Below are positions 35,634 to 43,928 of a stretch of DNA of 64,000 bases, one piece after another. The position numbers and the translations under genes were made by a program. The stretch's first letter is position 1. Each line of letters starts with the position of its first letter. The notes beneath the pieces are model-generated. The model worked only from the letters and a program-made list of their open reading frames with translations. It was not told the DNA's origin and made no database searches. The DNA comes from Candidatus Nanoarchaeia archaeon (GTDB taxonomy: Archaea; Nanobdellota; Nanobdellia; Woesearchaeales; GW2011-AR4): positions 5,982 to 69,981 of the forward strand of contig DATDOM010000046.1 in assembly GCA_035293285.1 (NCBI GenBank), in the 5' to 3' direction.

Positions 35634-35825
35634 TTGTTAGTTCACCTAAGGTTTGTTGTAAAAGCCGAGAATATATAAATTTTACCACTAAAAAATAAGA
35701 AAAAATGTGGCCCGTCACCGAGCCACTGCTTGCCCTCGCTCTTAAAACGTTGGGGGTGGTTTTTCAAAACGAAGGCAAAGAAACAATCTCACCACAAAGA
35801 CTAAAGGGGTGATAGTGATATTTGC

Positions 35826-36896
35826 CTAATTTACAAGCTCAATTCCAAGCTCGTGTGATACTTCAACTGCCTCAACTGAAGGCCTTGAATGATCCTGCTT
35901 GCCTAAAACCCACGGGCTTTTGACACCCGTGATTATAGTCATTACCATTATCTTTCCTGCCATGTCATCAGAGACTCTTGCGCCCCAGATGACGTTTGCG
36001 TCCTGGTCAAGGTGTTCTGTGACAAGCTCGCCGACCTTGTTTATGTCATCCAAAGTCATGTCAGGCCCGCCGACAACCTGAATCAATGCGCCTGTAGCGC
36101 CGGTATAATCAACATCAAGCAAAGGATTTCCAAGCGCTCCCTTGACAGCTTCCTCAACTCGGCTGTTTGTGTCGCTTGTTCCGACTCCAATGACTGCAAC
36201 CCCGCCGTTTTGCATTATCGCCTTCACATCTGCAAAATCCAGATTGACAAGTGAAGGTATTGCAATAGTCTCGACAATTCCCTTTATCATTGTTGCAACA
36301 AGTTCGTTTGCTACTGCAAAAGCCTGCTGTATCGGAAGATTTCCTGCAATCTGCACAAGCCTGTTGTTGTCGATTACAATTACAGTATCACAGACTTTTC
36401 TTAATTGCTGCAGCCCAAATTCAGCCTTGTCAACTCTCGCCCTTTCAATTTTGAAAGGCATTGTGACAGTTCCAATTACTATGCCGCTATTTTCTTTTGC
36501 GACTTCTGCGACTACAGGCGCAGCTCCTGTGCCTGTTCCGCCGCCCATTCCGGCGCACACAAAAATCATGTCAGCGCCTCTCAACGATTCTTTTAATTGA
36601 GGCAGGGATTCTTTTGCAGATGCTGCTCCTTTTTCAGGAAAGCCGCCGCACCCAAGTCCTCTTGTAACATCCCGCCCTATGAGAAATTTCTTATCAGCAT
36701 CAATTATTCCAAGGTGCTGTTTATCCGTATTGCACGCGATGATTTCAGCGCCCTTAACTCCTTTTTTGTAAAGCCAGCCAACCATATTGTTGCCTGAACC
36801 GCCCACACCAATCACTTTGATGTTTGCATGCCCTACATCCATCGTTGCATCTACGCTTACTGCCTGCTTTATCGCACTCTCCACCAAAAAATCCAT
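35826..36896 (-). CDS. ftsZ: cell division protein FtsZ
   Basis: IKVIGVGGSGNNMV, GMGGGTGTGAAPVVAEVAKE, TMPFKIERARV. Confidence 0.95.
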   Translation of the reverse strand: MDFLVESAIKQAVSVDATMDVGHANIKVIGVGGSGNNMVGWLYKKGVKGAEIIACNTDKQHLGIIDADKKFLIGRDVTRGLGCGGFPEKGAASAKESLPQLKESLRGADMIFVCAGMGGGTGTGAAPVVAEVAKENSGIVIGTVTMPFKIERARVDKAEFGLQQLRKVCDTVIVIDNNRLVQIAGNLPIQQAFAVANELVATMIKGIVETIAIPSLVNLDFADVKAIMQNGGVAVIGVGTSDTNSRVEEAVKGALGNPLLDVDYTGATGALIQVVGGPDMTLDDINKVGELVTEHLDQDANVIWGARVSDDMAGKIMVMTIITGVKSPWVLGKQDHSRPSVEAVEVSHELGIELVN

Positions 36897-37261
36897 TTTA
36901 ATCCCCCTTTCTCCCTAGCCCTTGCGGTTTTCAAAATATATTTTGCAATATAGCGGTCAATTTACCGAAATGTTTATATTGCCCCATCATTGTACTACCT
37001 TTAGAATTAGTTCACGCCAATGAACTTGTTTAGAACCGTTTTATAGTTTTTATCGTACAAAAAAACTGGATTTCACGAAAACAGACGATTTAAAGCTTCT
37101 TTTCGCCAAAAAAGATGCCTTAGCTGAGTTTTTCGCCAAAAAAACTCAAATATATCTTTTCTTTTATAAACATAACATGAGTAAACTCATTTATAAACAT
37201 TTCTGATATTTAACATATAGTTTAACTTATATAGTTTTTAAATGAAAATTGGAATAGTGAT

Positions 37262-37708
37262 CTATTGTACTATATCAGACTCAGAAAAAGGCAACCCTTC
37301 GATGAGTGCATCCGCAAAGTTTACTGATTTTCCAATTCCGGAAGGAAGGACCAAATAACCATTACAGCCGCTTATTTTTGATTCTACCAAGTTAACCATG
37401 TCAGTCCGATAATTACTATTGCTCGTTACCATTACAACAGGCACTTCGCTTTTCTGCCTGACTTTTACAAGAACTTCAAGACCCTGGTTTCTTTCATGAG
37501 GCCAGCCAAATTCAAGCGCAAGAAAAACCAGATCAGGGCTTTTTTCATTTATATCTTCAGCAATATACTCAATTGAAGTGCTTGGTTTAACTATTTCGTA
37601 ATTTGCAACATACATTGCATCATCAAGAAATTTTTTGAATAGTTTAGCAACAGCTTCTTCATAATGGTAAATCTGCACTTTCCCCCTGCCAGTCATGTCA
37701 TCTTTCAT
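37262..37708 (-). CDS. receiver-like (CheY-fold) protein with non-canonical acceptor site
   Basis: PDLVFLALEFGWP...VPVVMVTS pattern resembles REC, but the usual acceptor Asp position reads Ala/Glu. Confidence 0.4.
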   Translation of the reverse strand: MKDDMTGRGKVQIYHYEEAVAKLFKKFLDDAMYVANYEIVKPSTSIEYIAEDINEKSPDLVFLALEFGWPHERNQGLEVLVKVRQKSEVPVVMVTSNSNYRTDMVNLVESKISGCNGYLVLPSGIGKSVNFADALIEGLPFSESDIVQ

Positions 37709-37766
37709 ATTACTTAGTAGCGATTAATATATTAAAATATATATTTAATAAAATCCAACAAATTAT

Positions 37767-38396
37767 TTAAGGCACATCAACAAAAAGTTCGTGGAAAAAA
37801 TGAGGATATCTTTTTATGGAGTTTAATAAATTTACAAGGCCTTGCCTGTCCTTCACGGTGCTCTTAAACCGCGCATCGATATTTACGTGGTCTTGATATT
37901 CAAGAATGCCGTATCTATGATAAATTTCAATCGGAATATCATTTTGAGCTGCAATAACGTTAACCCTCGACATTAAAATCAAAGTATCTGCTTCATCTTC
38001 TGTATAAAAAGCAAATCCCTTGCCGGGCATTTCATATCTTCCGCCGCCCCATTTAACATAAAATTCGTGTTCCGGAAATATCTGGGCGTATCTTTCTGTT
38101 ATGTCAAACATATTTTGAAGCGGGTTTTCGCCGTAAATAATTCCTGAGGCCCTCTGGTCATCTTTTAGGGGAAATAAATCCAATTCTTGGTTTTCACTAT
38201 CGGCCTCAATAGAGTGTAATAATCTAGATGCAACACTTCTTCTTTTTTCTCTTTTAGAAAAATCCCAGTCATCCGGCAGGTGTCTTGCGTAACTCCAATA
38301 ATCATTGTGATCATGGGTAACCAAGCCCGGAGCTTCAATCAGCCCTTTTTCAGTGTGGGCTTCAGCAATTCGGTATTCAAGTTTTATTTCAGGCAT
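37767..38396 (-). CDS. hypothetical protein
   Basis: 209-aa ORF with no recognisable motif. Confidence 0.3.
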   Translation of the reverse strand: MPEIKLEYRIAEAHTEKGLIEAPGLVTHDHNDYWSYARHLPDDWDFSKREKRRSVASRLLHSIEADSENQELDLFPLKDDQRASGIIYGENPLQNMFDITERYAQIFPEHEFYVKWGGGRYEMPGKGFAFYTEDEADTLILMSRVNVIAAQNDIPIEIYHRYGILEYQDHVNIDARFKSTVKDRQGLVNLLNSIKRYPHFFHELFVDVP

Positions 38397-38482
38397 TTTT
38401 CTTAATATATTAATATAGTTTATAAGCCTTACTATTGTTACTACTAATAAATTACTAAATAAGTATCTATAAATTTTTATAA

Positions 38483-39256
38483 ATGAAGTTTAATCTAAGT
38501 AAAATGCCACTATATTTCATCGGTCTTGGATTAAGCAACGAAAAAGACATCACAGTCAATGGTCTTGAAGCTGTAAAAAAATGTGATATTGTCTATCTAG
38601 AATACTACACTTCCGTTTTAAACACAACAAAGGAAAAACTCGAAGAATTCTACGGAAAAAAAATAATTCTGGCGCCAAGGCAAAAAGTAGAGTCTGATAA
38701 TAATGAAATTATAGACAACGCAAAAACAAAAAATGTTGCTTTTTTGGTTGCAGGAGACGCAATGGCAGCAACAACCCACATTGATTTAATGCTAAGGGCA
38801 AAAAAAGAAAAAATCAGGTGCCATGTTATCCATAATGCCTCAATTATAAATGCAGTAGGAATTACTGGACTCCAGTTATACAAATTCGGAAAAACAACAA
38901 GCATTCCGATGGAAAACGAGAATGTTGAAAGCCCATATGATGCGCTAAAAGACAACTTAAGCCTTGGAATGCACACATTATTCCTGCTTGACTTAAAGCC
39001 CGATGAAAACAAGTTCATGACAATAAATGACGCAATAAGGTATTTACTCAAAGTTGAGCTTAAAAGAAATAATAAAATATTTACAGAAAAAACTTTGTGT
39101 ATTGGCCTTGCAAGGGTTGGAAGTGAAAGCCAGTTGATTAAGGCAGGAACTGCAAAGGAGCTTGTAAAACATGATTTCGGAAAGCCTGTTCATTGCCTCA
39201 TAGTTCCTGGCAAAATGCACTTTATGGAAGAGGAAGCATTGAAGATTTACAGCTAA
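38483..39256 (+). CDS. dph5: diphthine synthase
   Basis: MPLYFIGLGLSNEKDITVNGLEAVKKCDIVYLEYYTS...FLVAGDAMAATTHIDL; the second ATG at 38504 may be the true start. Confidence 0.9.
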   Translation: MKFNLSKMPLYFIGLGLSNEKDITVNGLEAVKKCDIVYLEYYTSVLNTTKEKLEEFYGKKIILAPRQKVESDNNEIIDNAKTKNVAFLVAGDAMAATTHIDLMLRAKKEKIRCHVIHNASIINAVGITGLQLYKFGKTTSIPMENENVESPYDALKDNLSLGMHTLFLLDLKPDENKFMTINDAIRYLLKVELKRNNKIFTEKTLCIGLARVGSESQLIKAGTAKELVKHDFGKPVHCLIVPGKMHFMEEEALKIYS

Positions 39257-39293
39257 AACGTAATAATGCCGTATTTATTCATCTCGTTTCTAA

Positions 39294-39381
39294 AATATTG
39301 CAATATTCCGAGGCAAAATTTAGTGGCAGTCAAATTTTGCCGAGTGTATCTAAAGTTGTCTCAAAGGCAACGGATTTAAGG
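39294..39381 (+). repeat. two-hairpin repeat, short form (copy E7)
   Basis: AATATTGCAATATT perfect palindrome, CCGAGG, H1 ggcaaaattt/aaattttgcc (39312-39341), H2 gttgt/gcaac. Confidence 0.75.
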
Positions 39382-39388
39382 TAATACC

Positions 39389-39555
39389 GGGACCCGTCCT
39401 AAATCTCGCTCCGCTCGGGTTATTGCCAAGCTTGGCTCCTTCATCTCAAATCGCAGGCTGACATTGCCCGGATGGCGCGTCCCCTTTGTCAGCTTTTCAT
39501 CCGTACAAATCATGGCCTCGCAAAAAGGCAATAACCTGCATTTAGGACGGGGCCC
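39389..39555 (-). ncRNA. structured RNA candidate, C-type (small paralog of 42984-43267)
   Basis: Minus-strand read: P1 gggccccgtcctaaat/atttaggacgggtccc, P2 ggttattgcc/ggcaataacc, gctgaca/tgtcagc helix. It shares the tttttgcgaggcc, cgatttgagatgaa and aataacccgagcg blocks with the larger copy. Confidence 0.6.
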
Positions 39556-39570
39556 AAATATCAACTGGTT

Positions 39571-40221
39571 TTAAGAGCTGCAAAGTTTATACAATAAGTC
39601 AAATGATTTCTGGAGCTTGTCTTCCTCAATAATCAATATGTGCTCGTTCGAGGAAATAAGCGCGTCAATTATGCTTATCCCGTTCTCTGCAAGCTCGTTG
39701 TATATTATTGAAAATACACCTGGTGTTTTCTTTAGTATTCTTGGGTAATTGATTTCAATCATCCCAACTTTTTTGTTTTCCTCAAGTATCAGTTCCTTTG
39801 GGAATGATGATTTGACTTTGTCAAGGTTTTTCTGGTCTATGACTATAGTAAGCGCTTCCGAGCCTTCAAGCACCCTTATTATGTCATGGTCCTGAAAATC
39901 AAGCATCCGGTCAGGCCTGCCAAGCTTGGTTTTTACAGAATCAGTCCTCTTCAATAATAAAGAAGACATTTTGGTCTTGATTGATATTCGAGCCTGCTTT
40001 AGTATTGCGTGTACTGAATTTGACTCCTCACTTTTTTTGATGCTGGTTTTGTATCTTCTTAATGCGCTTATTACTGAATCAGGGCTTGCATCAAGCTTTT
40101 GGGTCTGGATAATATATTTTGCAAGGCTCCTTATGTTTATTATTCCTCTTGAAATGTCTTTTTTGAGCGCAATGTCAGTATCAACAAATTTCCAGACAAA
40201 TTCTGCGATATTTTTTGCCAT
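39571..40221 (-). CDS. ACT-domain regulatory protein (COG2150-like)
   Basis: C-terminal GVFSIIYNELAENGISIIDALISSNEHILIIEEDKL is ACT-like. Confidence 0.45.
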   Translation of the reverse strand: MAKNIAEFVWKFVDTDIALKKDISRGIINIRSLAKYIIQTQKLDASPDSVISALRRYKTSIKKSEESNSVHAILKQARISIKTKMSSLLLKRTDSVKTKLGRPDRMLDFQDHDIIRVLEGSEALTIVIDQKNLDKVKSSFPKELILEENKKVGMIEINYPRILKKTPGVFSIIYNELAENGISIIDALISSNEHILIIEEDKLQKSFDLLYKLCSS

Positions 40222-40336
40222 AGGATGGCATAAATATGGGTCTGTTTTTAAATTTTTTTGCTAAATATGACATTTTTATCAGAATTTTGGCATATATGTC
40301 ACAATCGTTTTAAAGGTATTTTGTTTCCAAAATGTT

Positions 40337-41347
40337 ATGGAAAATGACAAAAAGAAAGTGCTGATAGCAACTGGAACTCCGTTTGATTTGGATGTAAGAG
40401 TCAGGATGGCAAACACCCTGATGGCAAACGGGCTTGATGTTGCAGTTCTGGAAAATTATCAGGGCTGGCAGCTTGAGGAAGAAATATCGTCTGCCAACTA
40501 TCTGATTGTAAGAAGCGACAAAATCGACAGACAACTGATTGACCGTGCTTCAAATCTGGAATTGATTGTCAGGGCAGGCTCTGGAATCAACACAATCGAT
40601 GTAGATTATGCCCAACTAAAAGGGATCGAAGTTCAAAACACAAACGGGGCAAATGCAGTCTCTGTCGCTGAGCTTGCAGTCGGAATGATGGTTACTCTTG
40701 CAAGGGATTTGCACATGCAAAATTACCAGGCAGGCAATCCTGCCAAACAAAACGGTCATTTTGAGATGTTTGGCAAGAAAATAGGTTTGCATGGATTTGG
40801 TGCAGTTGGAGTGCAGGTTGCAAGGAGAGCAAAGGCTTTTGGATTGAATATATTTGCTTATGACACAAATCCGGAAATTGATTATAATCCGCCCGGGATG
40901 GAAAAATCATTTGGATTTGATTCCGTAACTGGCGCAAGAAATATTGAAGATGTGTATAGAAATTCGCAGTTTGTATCAATTCATGTTCCTTTGACAGATG
41001 AGACAGAAGGCAAAGTAAACTACGAATTAATTTCACTTATGAGGTCAAATGGAATTCTCATAAACACTGCAAGGCCGGAAATAGTAAATTACGGAGATTT
41101 GGCAAGAATTATGGAAGAAAATCCTAAATTCAAATACGCAGCAGATGTAAGCAAGGACGAATTTAGGGAATTTGCAGAAAACAACGGGCTTGCAGAATTC
41201 AAAAGCAGGCTTTTTATCACAAACAAGATAGGGGCACAGACCTATGAGGCAAACCACAATGCCGCAATTCAGGCCGCAAATAAAGTTATAGAATACAAAC
41301 AAAGAATGGATAGAGTCATAGTTGCAGACAGCACGTTCCTTCAATAG
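40337..41347 (+). CDS. D-isomer-specific 2-hydroxyacid dehydrogenase (phosphoglycerate dehydrogenase-like)
   Basis: GKKIGLHGFGAVGVQVARRAKAFG (NAD fold), ...SIHVPLTDETEGK..., INTARPEIV. Confidence 0.8.
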   Translation: MENDKKKVLIATGTPFDLDVRVRMANTLMANGLDVAVLENYQGWQLEEEISSANYLIVRSDKIDRQLIDRASNLELIVRAGSGINTIDVDYAQLKGIEVQNTNGANAVSVAELAVGMMVTLARDLHMQNYQAGNPAKQNGHFEMFGKKIGLHGFGAVGVQVARRAKAFGLNIFAYDTNPEIDYNPPGMEKSFGFDSVTGARNIEDVYRNSQFVSIHVPLTDETEGKVNYELISLMRSNGILINTARPEIVNYGDLARIMEENPKFKYAADVSKDEFREFAENNGLAEFKSRLFITNKIGAQTYEANHNAAIQAANKVIEYKQRMDRVIVADSTFLQ

Positions 41348-41408
41348 CCAAAATATCATTTGAAGAAACATTTATAAACAAAGCAACTCTTCTCAAGCTT
41401 GATTTTAG

Positions 41409-41645
41409 GTGATAAATTTGATGGAACAATCTAGGCCACTGGACGCTTTAAACAAAGCAAGAGACAAAAGAGTAATAGTAGAACTAAAGAACAGCAGGAC
41501 ATACATAGGAAAGTTAAAATCATTTGACATTCACGTTAATGTAGTTCTTGAAGATGCCGAAGAAATGGTAAACGGCACAATGACAAGAAAGCTTGGAGTT
41601 GTCTTTGTAAGAGGAGACACAATAACTGTAATCTCAACTGAATAA
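41409..41645 (+). CDS. Sm-like (LSm) archaeal protein
   Basis: RPLDALNKARDKRVIVELKNSRTYIGKLKSFDIHVNVVLEDAEE...VFVRGDTI. Confidence 0.85.
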   Translation: MINLMEQSRPLDALNKARDKRVIVELKNSRTYIGKLKSFDIHVNVVLEDAEEMVNGTMTRKLGVVFVRGDTITVISTE

Positions 41646-41659
41646 ATTCTGGTGCTAAA

Positions 41660-41827
41660 ATGAAGGGAACACCGTCAATGGGAGTAAAGTCTGGCAAGAA
41701 GAATATGATACATTGCAGGCGATGCGGCCAAAGGACGCTTAATCTTTCAGGAAGAGTATGCGCCTCATGCGGCTTTGGAAAAAGCGCAAGGATGCGTTCT
41801 TACACCTGGTGCAAGAAAAGGAAGTAA
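41660..41827 (+). CDS. rpl37e: 50S ribosomal protein L37e
   Basis: Own translation (55 aa, below track cutoff): MKGTPSMGVKSGKKNMIHCRRCGQRTLNLSGRVCASCGFGKSARMRSYTWCKKRK. Sm-L37e is a conserved archaeal gene pair. Confidence 0.85.
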   Translation: MKGTPSMGVKSGKKNMIHCRRCGQRTLNLSGRVCASCGFGKSARMRSYTWCKKRK

Positions 41828-41870
41828 ATAAAAGCACTAAACTTAAATATATTCTAAACATACGTCCTTT

Positions 41871-42431
41871 ATGGAGCGAAGAGTAAAGGACAGGAACATT
41901 CTCGATAAGTTTTGTCTGGATTTTTGCAAAGTTGTCGAAAAACACTGCAAATACATAATTGTGTCTGGATTTGTGGCTATTGCTTCAGGCAGAACAAGGG
42001 GAACTGAAGATATTGACATCATAATTGAGAAACTAAGCCAATCAAAGTTTGCCAAACTTCATAAAAGCCTTATAAAAAATGAGTTTATTTGTATTCAAGG
42101 CAGCAACTCTAATAATTTGTATAATGACTACCTTAAAGACAATATTAGTATAAGGTATACTTACAAAAAGTTGTTGCTTCCCGAAATGGAACTAAAATTC
42201 TCCAAAGACTCTCTTGATGATTACCAGCTTAAAACAAGAGTTAAGCTCAAATTAACTGGATTGGATTTGTGGTTTAGCTCAGTCAACGTAAACATTGCAT
42301 TTAAAGAAGAGCTTTTGAAATCGGATAAGGATTTAGAGGATGCAAGGCATCTGAGAATTGTCTATTCTGAGATGATTAACAATAACGAGATAGATAAAGT
42401 TAAATCTATGATAAAGGAGCAGAGATTATGA
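41871..42431 (+). CDS. nucleotidyltransferase-fold protein
   Basis: ASGRTRGTEDIDIIIEKL fits the minimal NTase G[SG]...D.D motif. Confidence 0.45.
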   Translation: MERRVKDRNILDKFCLDFCKVVEKHCKYIIVSGFVAIASGRTRGTEDIDIIIEKLSQSKFAKLHKSLIKNEFICIQGSNSNNLYNDYLKDNISIRYTYKKLLLPEMELKFSKDSLDDYQLKTRVKLKLTGLDLWFSSVNVNIAFKEELLKSDKDLEDARHLRIVYSEMINNNEIDKVKSMIKEQRL

Positions 42432-42649
42432 GAAATGAACATATATCCCAAGTTGAAAGATGGGCTGACTACGTAAAAAACAACCCAACTCAGTGGAAAA
42501 AACAGCACACTAAATTCATAAATGCTCAATTTGAAAAGCACAGGAATTTTGTAAAGTCAATCCTTAAGCAAAGTAATGGATTTGAAAAACTTGTTAAAAT
42601 ATATAAAATTAAAAATATTGAAGAATACAGAAAGTCTTTTGGTCGTTGA
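42428..42649 (+). CDS. small helical hypothetical protein
   Basis: 73 aa; its start overlaps the stop of the NTase gene (ATGA). Confidence 0.3.
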   Translation: MRNEHISQVERWADYVKNNPTQWKKQHTKFINAQFEKHRNFVKSILKQSNGFEKLVKIYKIKNIEEYRKSFGR

Positions 42650-42743
42650 AATATTTACCTTATTTTAGATTATTAAAAGACTGCGAGAAAAATCTAGGCC
42701 TCGTCATTTGACCTATTTTGAAGATAAATTTTCAGACTAAGAT

Positions 42744-42955
42744 AAAAAAGACGCTGAATTATATTTAGGCCGCACCATTAGTGCGGCGTACATTGCTCAT
42801 CCAATCCGCACAATTCGCCCCATTTGGGCGAAAATCGTTTGTTTTTATTTTTACAAACAAATTCAAGGAGTCACCTTCGCAATGCAACGAATCAACCGTA
42901 TTATGTACGCGGCCTAATGCAGGCCGCCTATCTTTGCGGAGCGGATTTAAAATTA
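42744..42955 (+). repeat. A-type hairpin module ending in a TATA-like box
   Basis: Collinear with 61645-61842: AAAAAAGACG, covarying hairpins (ccgcac/gtgcgg vs cagccgc/gcggctg; gcggcc/ggccgc vs gcgcgcc/ggcgcgc), conserved ttcgccc/gggcgaa hairpin, ...TTCGCGGAGCRG-TTTAAAA. Confidence 0.6.
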
Positions 42956-42983
42956 GTAAAAGAAACCTTAAAAAATAATTTCC

Positions 42984-43267
42984 GGCTCTGTCCGGAATAT
43001 GGTTATTGCCTTTTTGCGAGGCCGTGATTTTCCGGCTGAATAGCTGACAAAGGGGATACTCCACAACCCTTCCGCGAGTTGACGGCGGAATCAAGTGAGG
43101 CCTAAAGCCTCACGAAAAACAAGAATATTCGAGGGCTTGAGCGAAGCGAAACCCTAAATGCGTGTCAACTGAGCGTAACCAGTTGCGGGAAATGTCAGCC
43201 CACGATTTGAGATGAATGAGCCGAGCTTGCCAATAACCCGAGCGAATGCGAGATTCCGGACAGAGCC
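42984..43267 (+). ncRNA. structured RNA candidate, C-type (large paralog, ~130-nt internal extension)
   Basis: P1 ggctctgtccggaat (42984-42998)/attccggacagagcc (43253-43267), 15 bp perfect. P2 ggttattg/caataacc, gctgaca/tgtcagc. The extension at 43057-43187 has agttgac/gtcaact and gtgaggc/gcctcac helices. Confidence 0.6.
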
Positions 43268-43413
43268 ATAATTTCCGTAACCTTTATAAATAAACCAGCC
43301 ATCCCAGATAAGATAACAAGCCCGAGTTCGAGAGAGCGCTTTAGGGTTTAACGAAAGTTAAATTTCGCTATTTCTCTCGCGGTAATACTTAAAAACAAGA
43401 GTCAAATTAAAAA

Positions 43414-43896
43414 ATGCCACCAGAACAGCCAAAACAGGAATTAAAATATTTCGTCAGGATTGCAAACACTGACCTTGACGGAAACAAGCAGATAGGAAAT
43501 GCCCTTCTAAAAATCAAGGGAATAGGTTTCATGTTCTCGAATGCAATTTTAAAGACAGCCAAAATTGACCCAATAAAAAAGGCAGGCTTCATGACTGACG
43601 CTGAAGTTGCAAAAGTTGACGAAGTAATAAAAGAGCCTTCAAAATTCAAGATTCCTGTGTGGATGTTTAACAGGAAAAGAGACCCAGAAGACAGCCAAGA
43701 CAAGCATTTAATCGGCTCAAACTTGACATTCACTCAGGACAACGACATAAAGATGATGAAAAAGATAAAGTCCTACAAGGGAATAAGGCACTCATTCGGT
43801 CTTCCAGTCAGGGGACAAAGAACCAGGTCAAACTTCAGAAAGAACAAAGGAAAAGTAATGGGCGTCAAGAGAAAAGAAGGCGCAAAGTCAAAGTAA
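43414..43896 (+). CDS. rps13: 30S ribosomal protein uS13
   Basis: KYFVRIANTDLDGNKQIGNALLKIKGIGFMFSNAILK...GIRHSFGLPVRGQRTRSN. Confidence 0.9.
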   Translation: MPPEQPKQELKYFVRIANTDLDGNKQIGNALLKIKGIGFMFSNAILKTAKIDPIKKAGFMTDAEVAKVDEVIKEPSKFKIPVWMFNRKRDPEDSQDKHLIGSNLTFTQDNDIKMMKKIKSYKGIRHSFGLPVRGQRTRSNFRKNKGKVMGVKRKEGAKSK

Positions 43897-43928
43897 ATCA
43901 AAATAAAAACTAATTTAACACTGACAAA

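Noticed and set aside
35640-35825. Moderately GC-rich patch downstream of ftsZ with a gtggc/gccac hairpin
   Set aside because: It shares no blocks with the repeat families and lacks a convincing multi-helix fold. It is probably ordinary 3' or intergenic sequence.
42984-43267. RNase P RNA
   Set aside because: The P1/P2-like nested helices are suggestive. However, I find no GGAAAGUCC-type CR-I or ACAGAA-type CR-IV string on either strand, and a second shorter paralog exists at 39389-39555. Left as an unknown class pending a covariance-model scan.
42744-43330. Group II intron or retron-type ncRNA
   Set aside because: There is no reverse-transcriptase or maturase ORF anywhere in the window, no GUGYG 5' end and no domain-V-like hairpin. 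Module shuffling fits small repeats better.
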